64,000 nt of DNA from an uncultured Holophagales bacterium (GTDB lineage: Bacteria > Acidobacteriota > Thermoanaerobaculia > UBA5066). The position numbers were made by a program, and so were the translations under genes. Under the pieces are notes generated by a model. It was given only the letters and a program-made list of their open reading frames with translations. It had not been told where the DNA came from and searched no databases. This document shows positions 1-8,428 of the stretch, one piece after another; position 1 is the first letter of the stretch, and each line of letters opens with the position of its first letter. Location of the stretch: NCBI GenBank assembly GCA_964561935.1, contig CAZLQX010000003.1, positions 66,848 through 130,847 of the forward strand, written 5' to 3'.

Positions 1-468
1 GCGCAGCGTCTCGAGGAGATCATCGAGCGGGCGGGCGTCGAGCCCTCCCTCGTCGAGTTCGAGCTGACGGAGACCGCGGTGATGTCCGACCCCGACATGG
101 CCCTCGCCGTCCTCGGACGGATCACGGCGACGGGAGCGCGGCTCTCGATCGACGACTTCGGGACCGGCTTCTTCTCCCTCGCCTACCTCAAGCAGTTCCC
201 GGTGAGCGGCATCAAGATCGACCGCTCCTTCGTCGCGGAGATCGCGCGGTTCGAGCGGAGCGCCGCGATCGTCCGCTCGAGCATCGACCTCGCCCGGAGC
301 CTCGGTCTCCGGGTCGTGGCGGAGGGAATCGAGGACCGCGCGACGGCGGACCGGCTCCTCGAGATGGGGTGCGGCCTCGGGCAGGGCTTCTACTTCGCGC
401 GTCCCGGCCCCGCCGACGTCGTCGACTCTCTCCTCGGGCGGTCGCTCCCGTCTCCCGGCGTGCCGTGA
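1..468 (+). CDS. EAL-domain c-di-GMP phosphodiesterase, C-terminal fragment; the 5' end lies upstream of the window
   Basis: The frame is open from base 1 and the given ORF covers 79-468. It shows EAL hallmark motifs (DDFGTGFSSLAYLK, KIDRSFV, EGIED, GQGFYF). Confidence 0.8.
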   Translation, partial: AQRLEEIIERAGVEPSLVEFELTETAVMSDPDMALAVLGRITATGARLSIDDFGTGFFSLAYLKQFPVSGIKIDRSFVAEIARFERSAAIVRSSIDLARSLGLRVVAEGIEDRATADRLLEMGCGLGQGFYFARPGPADVVDSLLGRSLPSPGVP

Positions 469-508
469 GGAGAAGGCGCGGGCCCGCGCCTCCTCCTCGC
501 GGCCATCC

Positions 509-2590
509 TCAGAACGTCGCCGAAGCCCCGAACGAGAACGTCCGGCCCAGGCCGGGGAAGCCCGCCTCGCTCTCGGTGTCCTCGTCGAGGAGGTTGCGGC
601 CCGAGACCCAGACGCGGATCCCCTTCGCGACCTCCTGCGTCACCTTCGCGCCGAAGAGGACGTCGCCGTCGACCTCCTTGACGGGATCCGTCGGGTAGGC
701 GACGGACGGGAGGCTCGAGTACGTCTTCCCGAGCCAGAGGGCGTCGAGGTCGAGGAGCGTCCCCGGGCCGGGAATCCGGAAGGAGGCGAGGAGGCCCGCC
801 TTGTGCCGCGCGACGGTCGTGACGTCGTCGGTGACCCGGAGGTCGCTCCGGTCCTTCGCGTCGACGAGCGTGTAGTCCGCGCGGAGCGTCAGACCGGGGA
901 GCGGCGTCACCTCGAGGACCGTCTCGAGGCCGGCCATGCGGACCTTCCCGACGTTCAGGTAGAGGTTCGTCGCGCTCGAGCCGTTCCGCGTGATCATGTC
1001 GCTCACGTCGTGGAGGAACCCGCCCGCCTCGAGCCTCACGTTCGCGCCGAGCGGGTGCGAGACGCTCGCCGTCGCGTTCATGCTCGTCTCCGAGGCGAGG
1101 GCGACGTTGCCGCTCTTCGACGAGTAGAGCTGCGAGAGGGTCGGGAAGCGGCTCTTCCGGGCGAGGGAGGCGTTCACGACGGTGCCCGAGGGCGAACGCC
1201 AGACGAGCCCCGCCATCGGGTTCACCTGGTCGTCGCTCGGCGTGGCGAGGGCGTCCTGCCTCACGAAGTCGCCCGTCGACCCGTCCGTGACGTTCCGCTC
1301 GGCGCACGAGACGTCGAACTCGTCGTACGAGACGCCCGCGACGGCGCTGAGCTGGCCCGTGAGGGTGAAGGAGCCCTCGAGGCCGACGGAGCCGGTCGTC
1401 GAGGAGGACTCCGCGAAGGGGAGGTAGGCGTCGTCGCGCTCGCGGTGCGTGTCGTCCTTGAGGTGGGCCGCGAGGCGGAAGGTGCCCCACGGGGCGGCCT
1501 CCCACTCGGCGAGGAGCGAGCCGCCCGTGAGGGAGTCGTCATAGCGGCTGATCGCGATCCGCTCGCGGTACGTCTGGTCCCGGTACGACTCGTAGTCGTC
1601 GACGTGCTCGTGGTGGAACGCCTTGGCCTTCAGGGTCAGCCCCCGCGCGATCTCGTGACGGCCGTCGAGGTCGAAGGCGAGGTCGCGGTAGGTCGGGATC
1701 CGCGAGAACTGCGAGAAGGCGGGGCGCTTGAGGAAGACCTGCACCGCGTCCGTGGCGGGCGGCGCCCCCTTGTCGCGGTCGAAGAGGTGGACGTTGAGGA
1801 AGAGCGCCGTCGCCTTCGACGGCTCCCAGCCGAGCTTCGCCCACGCGTTCCACTGCCTCGTGCCGGAGTTCTCGCGGCGCCCGCCGTCCTCGAGGACGGC
1901 CGGGGTGCTCTTCGTCGGGTTCCTCTGCTGGATCGTCCCGGTCCTCGGCTCGAAGGAGCCGGAGACGGGCGTCCCGCCGCTCGTCTGGCCCGAAACGTTG
2001 AGCCAGTAGCTGAGCGCGCCCGCCCTCGCGCCGTGCGTCGCGACGAAGCGGCCGGACGCGTAGTCGCCCCCTTCGACGGCGACCTCCGTGAAGGGCTTCG
2101 CGCCGGCCGTCCGGCTGATGATGTTGATCGTCCCGCCGAGCGCGTTCGCGCCGGAGAGGACGGAGGCGGCGCCCTTCGTCACCTCGATCCTCGCGATGTT
2201 GTCCGTCGGGATCTGGGCGAGGTCGAGCTTGCCGTAGTTCGCCTCGTAGTACGGAACGCCGTCGATGAGGACCTGGACGCGGCTCTGGTCGAAGCCGTGG
2301 AGGTAGACGGTCGGCTCGTTCTTCCGGCCCGTCGAGACGCGCAGACCCGCGACGCCGGCGAGCGCCTCGGCGACGTTCCTCGCGTTTCGGGCGGCGATCT
2401 CCTCGGCCGTCACGGCGACGGTGAGGGCGGTCTCGTCGACCGGCGCCGCTTCCGTGGTGACGGTGACGCGAGCGAGGGCGTAGGCTTCGTAGCCGGGCTT
2501 GGACGGCTGGGGCTCCTCTCCGCGGGCGGGAAGGGCGGCGAGCGCGGCGGCGCAGGCGCCGGCGAGGAAGAGGCGGGGCGTCTGGTTCAC
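509..2590 (-). CDS. TonB-dependent outer-membrane receptor
   Basis: 693 aa with an N-terminal signal peptide, plug-domain motifs (YLHGFDQSRVQVLIDGVP, GAASVLSG) and a C-terminal aromatic residue (…SATF) typical of TBDR beta-barrels. Confidence 0.85.
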   Translation of the reverse strand: MNQTPRLFLAGACAAALAALPARGEEPQPSKPGYEAYALARVTVTTEAAPVDETALTVAVTAEEIAARNARNVAEALAGVAGLRVSTGRKNEPTVYLHGFDQSRVQVLIDGVPYYEANYGKLDLAQIPTDNIARIEVTKGAASVLSGANALGGTINIISRTAGAKPFTEVAVEGGDYASGRFVATHGARAGALSYWLNVSGQTSGGTPVSGSFEPRTGTIQQRNPTKSTPAVLEDGGRRENSGTRQWNAWAKLGWEPSKATALFLNVHLFDRDKGAPPATDAVQVFLKRPAFSQFSRIPTYRDLAFDLDGRHEIARGLTLKAKAFHHEHVDDYESYRDQTYRERIAISRYDDSLTGGSLLAEWEAAPWGTFRLAAHLKDDTHRERDDAYLPFAESSSTTGSVGLEGSFTLTGQLSAVAGVSYDEFDVSCAERNVTDGSTGDFVRQDALATPSDDQVNPMAGLVWRSPSGTVVNASLARKSRFPTLSQLYSSKSGNVALASETSMNATASVSHPLGANVRLEAGGFLHDVSDMITRNGSSATNLYLNVGKVRMAGLETVLEVTPLPGLTLRADYTLVDAKDRSDLRVTDDVTTVARHKAGLLASFRIPGPGTLLDLDALWLGKTYSSLPSVAYPTDPVKEVDGDVLFGAKVTQEVAKGIRVWVSGRNLLDEDTESEAGFPGLGRTFSFGASATF

Positions 2591-2676
2591 GGGGCCTCCG
2601 TTCGGACTCTACAGTCGAGCGCGGTCTTCGGTTCCCGCCGGGAACCTGAGACACTCGGGGACGTCGGGGAGATGGC

Positions 2677-3063
2677 GTGAAGAAGGCGACACGGAGAGCG
2701 ACCGGGGCCGGCGCGCCGGGAACGGCGCAGCTGAGGCCGAGGCTCCGCGTCGTGCGGGACGGGGAGGTCCTCCTCGGACCGGGGATGGTCCGGCTCCTCG
2801 AGGAGATCGCCCGCACCGGCAGCCTCCGGGTCGCCGCGGGCGAGCTCGGGATGTCGTACATGCACGCGTGGCAGCTCGTCCGCATGATGAACTGCGCCTT
2901 CCGGGATCCGCTCGTCGCGCTCTCGCGCGGGGGCGCCGCCCACGGGGGTGCGCAGGTCACGGCGACGGGCCGCGAGGTCCTCTCCCTGTACGGGGAGATG
3001 GAGGCCGAGGCGAGGCGCGCGGCGGAAGGCCGCTGGAGGCGCCTGAAGCGCCTCCTCTCCTGA
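2677..3063 (+). CDS. ModE/LysR-type N-terminal winged-helix regulator (ModE N-domain-like)
   Basis: 128 aa with a GTG start. Contains GMSYMHAWQLVRMMNCAF…GGAAHGGAQVTATGREVL, which is typical of the ModE N-terminal HTH. It is divergent from the TonB-dependent receptor. Confidence 0.6.
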   Translation: MKKATRRATGAGAPGTAQLRPRLRVVRDGEVLLGPGMVRLLEEIARTGSLRVAAGELGMSYMHAWQLVRMMNCAFRDPLVALSRGGAAHGGAQVTATGREVLSLYGEMEAEARRAAEGRWRRLKRLLS

Positions 3064-3228
3064 GCTCCCGGGGAGCCTCGGCCTCTCCGCGACGTCGCCC
3101 AAACCGACCTATTTTACGGGATATGTCGACGGGGGCGCGAGACGGGCCGAGGGCGGCTCGAGGGGCTGGGGCGCGGGGCCGGGACCGGGCGGGACGCGCG
3201 GCGCGGCGCGCCCCGCCCCGTCGACGCG

Positions 3229-3732
3229 CTACTTCGCGGCGGCGAGCGCCTTCTCGTAGTCCGGGTGGTGGGTCATCTCGGGGACGACCTCGGCGTGCCG
3301 GACGACGCCGTCCTTCCCGACGACGAAGATCGCTCGGGCGAGGAGGCGGAGCTCCTTCACGAGGACGCCGTACGCCTGCCCGAACGAGGCGTCGCGGTGG
3401 TCGCTCAGCGTCGTCGCCTTCTCGATCCCGGCGACCGAGCAGAAGCGCTTGTTCGCGAACGGGAGGTCCATCGAGACGTTCAGGACGACGACGTCGTCGC
3501 CGAGCTTCGTCGCGGCCTCGTTGAACCGCCGGAGCTGCGCGTCGCAGACGGGGGTGTCGAGGGACGGGGTGACCGAGACGACGACGGTCTTCCCGGCGAA
3601 GTCGGCGAGCGTCTTCGGCGCCAGGCCGTTGTCGAGGACGGTGAAGCCGGGGGCCTTCTCGCCGGACCTGATCTCGGGGCCGACGAGGGTGAGCGGGTTG
3701 CCGAGGAACGTGACGACTCCGGTTCTCTCCAT
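3229..3732 (-). CDS. tpx: thiol peroxidase (atypical 2-Cys peroxiredoxin, Tpx)
   Basis: Start re-set to internal ATG (MERTGVV) with GGAGAA 6 nt upstream. Contains the Tpx motifs SLDTPVCDAQ and …FCSVAG. Confidence 0.85.
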   Translation of the reverse strand: MERTGVVTFLGNPLTLVGPEIRSGEKAPGFTVLDNGLAPKTLADFAGKTVVVSVTPSLDTPVCDAQLRRFNEAATKLGDDVVVLNVSMDLPFANKRFCSVAGIEKATTLSDHRDASFGQAYGVLVKELRLLARAIFVVGKDGVVRHAEVVPEMTHHPDYEKALAAAK

Positions 3733-3812
3733 GCGGGGTTCTCCCTTTCGTCCAGGCTGAGTCTCGCCCGGAGTATCGCTCCTCGCGGCCGGGACGAAGG
3801 GGGCCGTCCTGC

Positions 3813-4352
3813 TCAGGAGGAGAGCTTCGACGCGACGGCCCGCACCGTCGTGACGTTCCGGAAGGTCGCGAGGAGCCCGAGCGCCTTCTCGAGCCGCCCT
3901 CCCGAGACCTCGGAGTCGGACGAGCGGACGCGGCAGAGCCACCAGATCTCGCGCTCGCTCACGGCGAGCTCGTCGGACGGCGTCCGGAAGCCGTCGACGA
4001 GGGCGTGCCGGTCGGGAGCGAGCGGCTCCTTCAGGAAGCCGACGTAGACCCCGTGGGCCGTCGCGACGTCCTCGGCGGGGAACGGCTCGCGGGCGACGAG
4101 GGCCGCGAGCTCGGCGGGGGTCCTGAGGAACGCCGGGACCTCCCAGCCGAGCGCGGTCCCGAGCGAACGCTCGATCTTCGCCTCGAGCGTCGCGGCGCGC
4201 CCGCGCCCCGCCGTGAAGAGGACGTTCCCGCTCGCGACGTGGGTCGTGACCCCGGTGAAGCCCGTCTCCTCGAAGAGCTGCCGGAGGCGTTCCATCTTCA
4301 CGACCCGCCCGCCGACGTTCACGGCGCGGAGGAAGGCGGCGTAGCGGGGCAT
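3813..4352 (-). CDS. DUF1697 family protein
   Basis: 179 aa matching the DUF1697 signature (MPRYAAFLRAVNVGG…VxMxxL…ASGNVLF). Confidence 0.75.
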   Translation of the reverse strand: MPRYAAFLRAVNVGGRVVKMERLRQLFEETGFTGVTTHVASGNVLFTAGRGRAATLEAKIERSLGTALGWEVPAFLRTPAELAALVAREPFPAEDVATAHGVYVGFLKEPLAPDRHALVDGFRTPSDELAVSEREIWWLCRVRSSDSEVSGGRLEKALGLLATFRNVTTVRAVASKLSS

Positions 4353-4400
4353 CGGGAGATTATAGGGTCAGGTTTCGATTTTCCCGGGCCGCGCGGGGGC

Positions 4401-5123
4401 TCAGGCGGCGACGCCGAAGAGGGCGCCCGCGGCGGCCGTGACCGCCATCGCGAGCGCCCCCCAGAACGTGACGCGCCCCGCGCCGACGGGGACGGAGGCC
4501 CCGCCGATCCGGGCCGCGACGCCGCCGAGCAGGGCGAGGAGGCCGAGGGAGGCGCCGACGACGACGGGGACGAGCGCGCCGCGCGGCGTCGCGACGACCG
4601 CGAGGACGGGGAGGGCGGCTCCGACGGCGAAGCTCGCGGCGGAGGAGAGGGCGGCCTGCAGGGGGCGCGCGGCGGTCGCCTCGTGCATCCCGAGCTCGTC
4701 GCGGGCGTGGGCGCCGAGGGCGTCGTGGGCCATCAGCTGCTCGGCGACCCTCTCGGCGAGGCCGCGGTCGAGGCCGCGCGCGACGTAGATCCCGGCGAGC
4801 TCGGCGCGCTCGCCCGGCTCGTCCGTCGCGAGCTCGTGGCGCTCGCGCTCGAGGTCGGCCCGCTCGGTGTCCGCCTGCGAGCTGACCGAGACGAACTCAC
4901 CGGCCGCCATCGACATCGCCCCGGCGAGGAGCCCGGCGACGGCGGAGACGGCGATCGTCCCCGGCTCGGACCCCGCGCTCGCGACGCCGACGACGAGGCT
5001 CGCGGTCGAGATGAGGCCGTCGTTCGCGCCGAGGACGGAGGCGCGGAGCCAGCCGATCCGGTCCGTCCTGTGGAGCTCGAGGTGGCGCGAGAAGCGGGCG
5101 GGGGCGGAGGTCGAGGCGTGCAT
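4401..5123 (-). CDS. VIT1/CCC1 family iron/manganese transporter
   Basis: Start re-set to internal ATG (MHASTSA). VIT-family motifs are present (GANDGLISTASLVVGVA, AMSMAAGEFVSVSSQ) and the C-terminal half has 5 TM segments. Confidence 0.75.
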   Translation of the reverse strand: MHASTSAPARFSRHLELHRTDRIGWLRASVLGANDGLISTASLVVGVASAGSEPGTIAVSAVAGLLAGAMSMAAGEFVSVSSQADTERADLERERHELATDEPGERAELAGIYVARGLDRGLAERVAEQLMAHDALGAHARDELGMHEATAARPLQAALSSAASFAVGAALPVLAVVATPRGALVPVVVGASLGLLALLGGVAARIGGASVPVGAGRVTFWGALAMAVTAAAGALFGVAA

Positions 5124-5178
5124 GGCGGGACGATAGCGCCCGGCGGGGGCCCCGGGCCGGACTAGACTCGGAGAGGCC

Positions 5179-6690
5179 TTGCCGCCGTCCGCCGACGCCG
5201 ACCCGTCCCCCGTCGAGGGTCGTCTCTCGGAGGCCGAGGAGCGCTTCGAGAGGAGGCGGCGGAGCCTCGGCCTCCCCCTCGGTCCGGCGCTCTTCGCGCT
5301 TCTCCTCGCGTTCCCTCCGGAGGCCCTCGCCCCGTCCGCCGCGCGTCTCCTCGCCGTCGTCGCGTGGGTCCTCGCCTGGTGGGTCACGGAGGCCGTCCCT
5401 CTCCCCGCGACGGCCCTCCTCGGCCCCGCCCTCGCTGTCCTCCTCGGCGTCGTCCCCGCGAAGGAAGCGTTCGCGCCGTTCGGCGACCCGATCATCTTCC
5501 TCTTCCTCGGGTCGTTCCTCCTCGCGGGCGCGATGGCGGCCCACGGCCTCGACCGGCGGATCGCCCGCGCGATCCTCAGCGCCCGCGCGGCGAGCGCCTC
5601 GCCGTTCCGCGTCGTCGTGACCTTCGTCGGCCTCACGGCGGCGCTCTCGATGTGGCTCTCCAACTCGGCGACGACGGCGATGCTCGCGCCGGTCGCCCTC
5701 GGGGCGCTCGGGACGCTCGGCGGGGGAGAGAGCCGGCCCCGGCTCGCGCGCCCTCTCCTCCTCGCCTGCGCCTACGGGGCGTCGATCGGCGGGATCGGCA
5801 CTCCCGTCGGCTCGCCGCCGAACCTCGTCGCGATCGGCCAGCTCGAGGCGCTCGCGGGCGTCCGCGTCGGCTTCGTCCCGTGGCTCCTCGTCGCGTTCCC
5901 GGTGATGCTCGCGATGCTCGTGGGGACGGTCCTCGTCCTCGGGCTGCGGTTCGGACGGACGCGCGCCGCCGAGGCGACGACCGGCGCGGGGGCCGGCGCG
6001 CCCGCGCCGGAGCCCGCGGGCCCGGCGCAGAGAAGCGTCGCCTTCGCCGTCCTCCTGACGGTCGCGGGGTGGGTCGGACCGGGCGTCGTCTCCCTCGTCC
6101 TCGGCCCGGAGCACCCCTCCGCCGCGGCGCTCGCGCGGGCGCTCCCGGAGGGGGCCGTCGCCGTCCTCGGCGCGGGGCTCCTCTTCGTCCTCCCCGGCGG
6201 GCCGGGGCGTCGCGCCCTCACGTGGCCGGAGGCGGCGCGGATCGACTGGGGGACGCTCCTCCTCTTCGGCGGCGGCCTCTCGCTCGGAAGCGCGATGTTC
6301 CGCACGGGGCTCTCCGAGGCGCTCGGCCGCGGGATCGTCGACGCGACGGGAGTCACGACGCTCGCCGGCCTCACCGTCGTCTTCTCGGTCTTCTCGATCT
6401 ACTTCACCGAGGTGACGTCGAACACGGCCGCCGCGACGATGCTCGTCCCGCTCGCGATCGCGAGCGCGCGGGCGGCGGGGGTCTCGCCCCTCGAGCCGGC
6501 CCTCGGCTGCGCGCTCGGCTGCAGCATGGCCTTCATGCTCCCGGTCGCGACCCCGCCGAACGCGATCGTCTACGGCACGGGGCTCGTCCCTATGCCGTAC
6601 CTCGTGAGGAGCGGCTTCCTCCTGAACCTCGTCGCGAGCGTCGTCGTGCCGGCGGGCGTCCTCCTCCTCGTCCCTCTCGTCTTCCGGTAG
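5179..6690 (+). CDS. DASS/SLC13 family divalent anion:Na+ symporter (CitT/ArsB superfamily permease)
   Basis: 503 aa polytopic membrane protein. Contains the SNxATxAM motif twice (SNSATTAMLAP and TSNTAAATMLVP), which is typical of DASS permeases. Confidence 0.8.
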   Translation: MPPSADADPSPVEGRLSEAEERFERRRRSLGLPLGPALFALLLAFPPEALAPSAARLLAVVAWVLAWWVTEAVPLPATALLGPALAVLLGVVPAKEAFAPFGDPIIFLFLGSFLLAGAMAAHGLDRRIARAILSARAASASPFRVVVTFVGLTAALSMWLSNSATTAMLAPVALGALGTLGGGESRPRLARPLLLACAYGASIGGIGTPVGSPPNLVAIGQLEALAGVRVGFVPWLLVAFPVMLAMLVGTVLVLGLRFGRTRAAEATTGAGAGAPAPEPAGPAQRSVAFAVLLTVAGWVGPGVVSLVLGPEHPSAAALARALPEGAVAVLGAGLLFVLPGGPGRRALTWPEAARIDWGTLLLFGGGLSLGSAMFRTGLSEALGRGIVDATGVTTLAGLTVVFSVFSIYFTEVTSNTAAATMLVPLAIASARAAGVSPLEPALGCALGCSMAFMLPVATPPNAIVYGTGLVPMPYLVRSGFLLNLVASVVVPAGVLLLVPLVFR

Positions 6691-6738
6691 ACGGGATCGG
6701 CGCCGCGGGGGGATATCGTCGGCGTCGAGGTGCCGCCG

Positions 6739-7422
6739 ATGACCTCCCCTTGCCGCGCCGCGCGCGCTCTCTCCTTCGTTCCCTGCGTCGCTCTCGCCCT
6801 CGTCCTCGCGCACGGCGCCTCGGCGGGGTCCGCGGCCGCCGCTCCGCCCGCGACGCAGGCCGCGGCCGCCGTTTCGTCTGAGGCCACGTCACAGGCCGTT
6901 TCGCCGGGCGCCTCCCCTTCGCAGACCGCCGCGACGATCGCCGACCTCGCGTTCCTCGAAGGGGGATGGGTCGCGGACGACGGGGCGCGCCGCGTCGAGG
7001 AGCGGTGGCTCTGCGCCGGCCCCGACGGGATGCTCGGCGTGGGGCGGACGACGGACCTCGCGAAGGGGAAGACCGTCTTCTTCGAGTACCTGAGGATCGA
7101 GGCGCGTCGCGACGGCCTTTTCTACGTCGCTCAGCCGCGCGGCGGCCCGGCCACCGAGTTCCGCCTCGTCCGTATCGAGGAGGGGAGAGCCGTCTTCGAG
7201 AACCCCGCGCACGACTTCCCGAAGCGCGTCGTCTACTCGAGGCGAACTGACGGCGGGCTCACGGCCCGCGTCGAGGGGGACGCCGGGAGCGCCGGGCAGG
7301 CCGAGGAGTTCCGATATCGGCCCGCCGGGTCGTGCCCTCGCGAGACGACGGCTGCCGCGGGCGCGCGGGAGCGAGTCGGTCGTCTCTCGGGCGACGAGGA
7401 ACCGCCCGCCCCGCCGCGATAG
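6739..7422 (+). CDS. secreted DUF6265-like (lipocalin-like) protein
   Basis: ATG at 6739 with GAGG 8 nt upstream; the ORF track begins at GTG 6730. Has a signal peptide and the motifs FLEGGW…FENPAHDFPKRVVY. Confidence 0.6.
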   Translation: MTSPCRAARALSFVPCVALALVLAHGASAGSAAAAPPATQAAAAVSSEATSQAVSPGASPSQTAATIADLAFLEGGWVADDGARRVEERWLCAGPDGMLGVGRTTDLAKGKTVFFEYLRIEARRDGLFYVAQPRGGPATEFRLVRIEEGRAVFENPAHDFPKRVVYSRRTDGGLTARVEGDAGSAGQAEEFRYRPAGSCPRETTAAAGARERVGRLSGDEEPPAPPR

Positions 7423-7516
7423 GGAACGGAGTATGGCGAAGGGCGTCGCCAGGGGACGCGGGAGGCGCGAGCCTGGGCGGCTGTCCCGGCGCGGCGTCTT
7501 TCCGGGCACTCGACCC

Positions 7517-7545
7517 TTGACGCGCCATTTCATGGGACTCATATT
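7517..7545 (+). promoter_or_regulatory. putative sigma70-type promoter upstream of the TrmB-family gene, possibly giving a leaderless or short-leader mRNA
   Basis: TTGACG, then a 17-nt spacer, then CATATT, ending about 10 nt before ATG 7556. It sits in an unusually AT-rich stretch of this GC-rich DNA. Confidence 0.25.
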
Positions 7546-7555
7546 ACTAGTTGCG

Positions 7556-8428
7556 ATGGCTACTACTATTGACGAGAACATCGTCAAAGCGCTCCAGGAC
7601 ATAGGCTTGTCCGAAATTGAGGCGCTCGTCTACGCCTTCCTCGCGCAGGGCGAAGCGGCCACCGGGTACCGGATCAGCCACGCCATCGGGAAGCCGACCG
7701 CGAACACCTACAAGGCGATCGCCTCGCTCGTCCAGCAGGGGGCCGTCCAGGTCGACGAGGGGGGGAGCCGCCTGATCCGGGCGGTGCCCCCGGAGGAGCT
7801 CCTCTCCGGATTCGAGCGTCGGGCGAAGGAGAGGCGCGAGGCGGCGCGGGCCGCCCTCGCCCACCAGCTCCCCGCGACGGCCGACGAGAGGGTCTACTCG
7901 CTCCGCGCGCGGGACCAGGTCCTCGAGCGGGCCCGGGCGATGCTCGGGCGGGCGAAGGAGATCGTCCTCGGCGACCTCTTCCCGGGCCCTCTCGACCTCC
8001 TCGCCCCCGACCTCGAGGCGGCCGCCGCCGGCGGGGCGCGCGTCGTCGTGAAAACGTACGGCCGCAGGGATCTCGACGGCGTCTCCGAGGTCGTCGAGCC
8101 CGACGCGCGACGGGCGCTGACCGAGTGGCCGGGTCAGCAGCTCTCCCTCGTCGTCGACGCCGAGGAGCACCTCCTCGCTCTCTTCGACGCCCCGCTCGGG
8201 GCCGTCCACCAGGCGGTCTGGAGCCGGAGCACGTTCCTCTCCTGCCTCCACCACAACCACGTCGCGATGGAGCTCCTCCACACCGCCTGGAAGGCGCGCG
8301 ACTCGCTCACCGACTCCGACGCCCTCGTCGGCATCTCCCTCCTCTCGAGCCGTCCGTCCGGGCTGCGAAGGCTGAAGGAGAGGACCAGGCGAGGAGGCGG
8401 TGAGGAAGAGCCCGGAGAACCCGAATGA
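7556..8428 (+). CDS. TrmB-family transcriptional regulator
   Basis: N-terminal wHTH (IVKALQDIGLSEIEALVYAFLAQGEATGYRISHAIGKPTANTYKAIASLVQQGAV) plus a TrmB C-domain. An alternative start is ATG 7532. The stop overlaps the next gene's ATG (ATGA). Confidence 0.7.
   Translation: MATTIDENIVKALQDIGLSEIEALVYAFLAQGEAATGYRISHAIGKPTANTYKAIASLVQQGAVQVDEGGSRLIRAVPPEELLSGFERRAKERREAARAALAHQLPATADERVYSLRARDQVLERARAMLGRAKEIVLGDLFPGPLDLLAPDLEAAAAGGARVVVKTYGRRDLDGVSEVVEPDARRALTEWPGQQLSLVVDAEEHLLALFDAPLGAVHQAVWSRSTFLSCLHHNHVAMELLHTAWKARDSLTDSDALVGISLLSSRPSGLRRLKERTRRGGGEEEPGEPE

Noticed and set aside
390-2960. Long ORFs overlapping the TonB-dependent receptor gene on both strands (390-1505 minus, 803-2680 plus, 1539-2960 minus, 1261-1542 minus)
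   Set aside because: Extremely Arg/Pro/Gly/Asp-rich low-complexity translations with no motifs. These are typical alternate-frame artefacts of 70% GC coding DNA. The TBDR frame has clear plug and barrel motifs.
3064-3228. Possible long-range inverted repeat GTCGACGGGGGCGCG…CGCGCCCCGCCCCGTCGAC in the convergent gap between the ModE-like gene and tpx
   Set aside because: The stem arms are separated by about 80 nt and the match is imperfect. This is plausible as GC-rich terminator-like structure but not convincing enough to call as a feature.
4005-6892. ORFs 4005-5165 plus, 4897-6813 minus, 5364-6881 plus and 6590-6892 minus overlapping the VIT and DASS transporter genes
   Set aside because: Poly-Arg/Glu/Asp/Gly translations (e.g. 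RRERDEHRRGGRVRR…). The transporter frames show conserved TM motifs.
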